Made by a program: the position numbers and the translations under genes. From the IMG/VR virus record IMGVR_UViG_3300020472_000162, positions 1-24,301 of that record: a stretch of 24,301 nucleotides of DNA. One strand, given 5' to 3'. A model generated the notes under the pieces. The model saw nothing but the letters and a program-made list of their open reading frames with translations. It was not told the DNA's origin and did no database searches. Positions 23,870 through 24,301 of the stretch are shown one piece after another; the stretch's first letter is position 1; each line of letters begins with the position of its first letter. The stretch comes from a virus. Lineage: Duplodnaviria > Caudoviricetes.

Positions 23870-24036
23870 TAGTCCTCCGTGTTAATAACAGTTTTCAATT
23901 CATCCTCAGTGGGATGCCCAGTTTGGTAAAATTCAATTGCATAATCTTGCATACGGTCAAAGTATTCTCCCTCAGTAAGATTGGAGAATACTTCTTCACC
24001 GTTTCGAAATATACTATATGACTCTTGTTTTTTCAT
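23869..24036 (-). CDS. Small acidic hypothetical protein (55 aa)
   Basis: Read directly from the sequence: MKKQESYSIFRNGEEVFSNLTEGEYFDRMQDYAIEFYQTGHPTEDELKTVINTED*. It fills the gap exactly, overlapping the glycosyltransferase end by 23 nt and the next gene through TAATG. Confidence 0.8.
   Translation of the reverse strand: MKKQESYSIFRNGEEVFSNLTEGEYFDRMQDYAIEFYQTGHPTEDELKTVINTED
23874..23878 (-). promoter_or_regulatory. Shine-Dalgarno GGAGG for the 48-aa basic ORF
   Basis: The minus strand reads ACGGAGGACTAATG. Confidence 0.7.
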
Positions 24037-24301
24037 GTCCTACTCTTACACGAGGATCGCACCAGATTTCATATCCTGCTTCTTTAGCATCGAGACAGAA
24101 AGAAACGTCCTCTCCACACATATCCTGAACTTCTCCTGAATCGAATACCTGCATCTTAGGTGCAAACCATGGATAAGGCATTCCATCGTGCTCAAATACT
24201 CCATGCTTAATTAATAACCATCCGAAACCTGTATAGTCTACTGTGAATGGTTGCTTTCTCTTGGATATACTTTCGATAGTTTCGTGATTCATCACTCCAC
24301 C
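24014..24301 (-). CDS. Glycosyltransferase, GT-A fold / family-2-like, C-terminal part (5' end beyond the window)
   Basis: GGVMNHET...VDYTGFGWLLIKHGVFE...YPWF...MCGEDVSFCLDAKEAGYEIWCDPRVRVGHEK contains the GT2-type G-x-x-L-I-K/R-x-x-V-F, GED-x-x-FC and D-x-x-x-x-x-x-H motifs. The frame stays open to the right edge, so the track's GTG is not necessarily the start. Confidence 0.8.
   Translation of the reverse strand, partial: GGVMNHETIESISKRKQPFTVDYTGFGWLLIKHGVFEHDGMPYPWFAPKMQVFDSGEVQDMCGEDVSFCLDAKEAGYEIWCDPRVRVGHEKTRVI

Noticed and set aside
23658-24021. Plus-strand ORFs 23658-23885 and 23701-24021
   Set aside because: The region is fully explained by two coupled minus-strand ORFs with an SD and a TAATG junction.

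Overview
This window is part of the late structural (baseplate) module of a T4-like cyanophage (Kyanoviridae-type myovirus). It is AT-rich, roughly 30-35% GC by spot checks, which fits a Prochlorococcus-type host (inference). All real genes lie on the minus strand. In transcription order they are: the C-terminus of a GT-A-fold glycosyltransferase (cut by the right edge), a 55-aa acidic ORF and a 48-aa basic ORF (both missing from the ORF track), a 176-aa fibre-like protein, gp25, gp6, a 4568-aa gp7, gp8, and a VrlC/DUF4815-type structural protein of at least 1811 codons that runs off the left edge (also missing from the track). The main observations are: (1) three late promoters with the same 28-nt layout, NATAAATA-NNT-AAAAAACT-N6-ATG, with no Shine-Dalgarno; (2) NATAAATA boxes inside gp6 and gp8 about 100 nt upstream of each giant gene; (3) a Cys/His repeat in gp7 inserted inside another copy of the same repeat, plus a YHYH-like domain split by about 500 aa; (4) a frequent G-[IVLF]-[GSTA]-T motif in the structural proteins next to a glycosyltransferase. 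No tRNA, CRISPR array, intron or mobile element was recognised. Family assignments come from motif recognition, not database searches.
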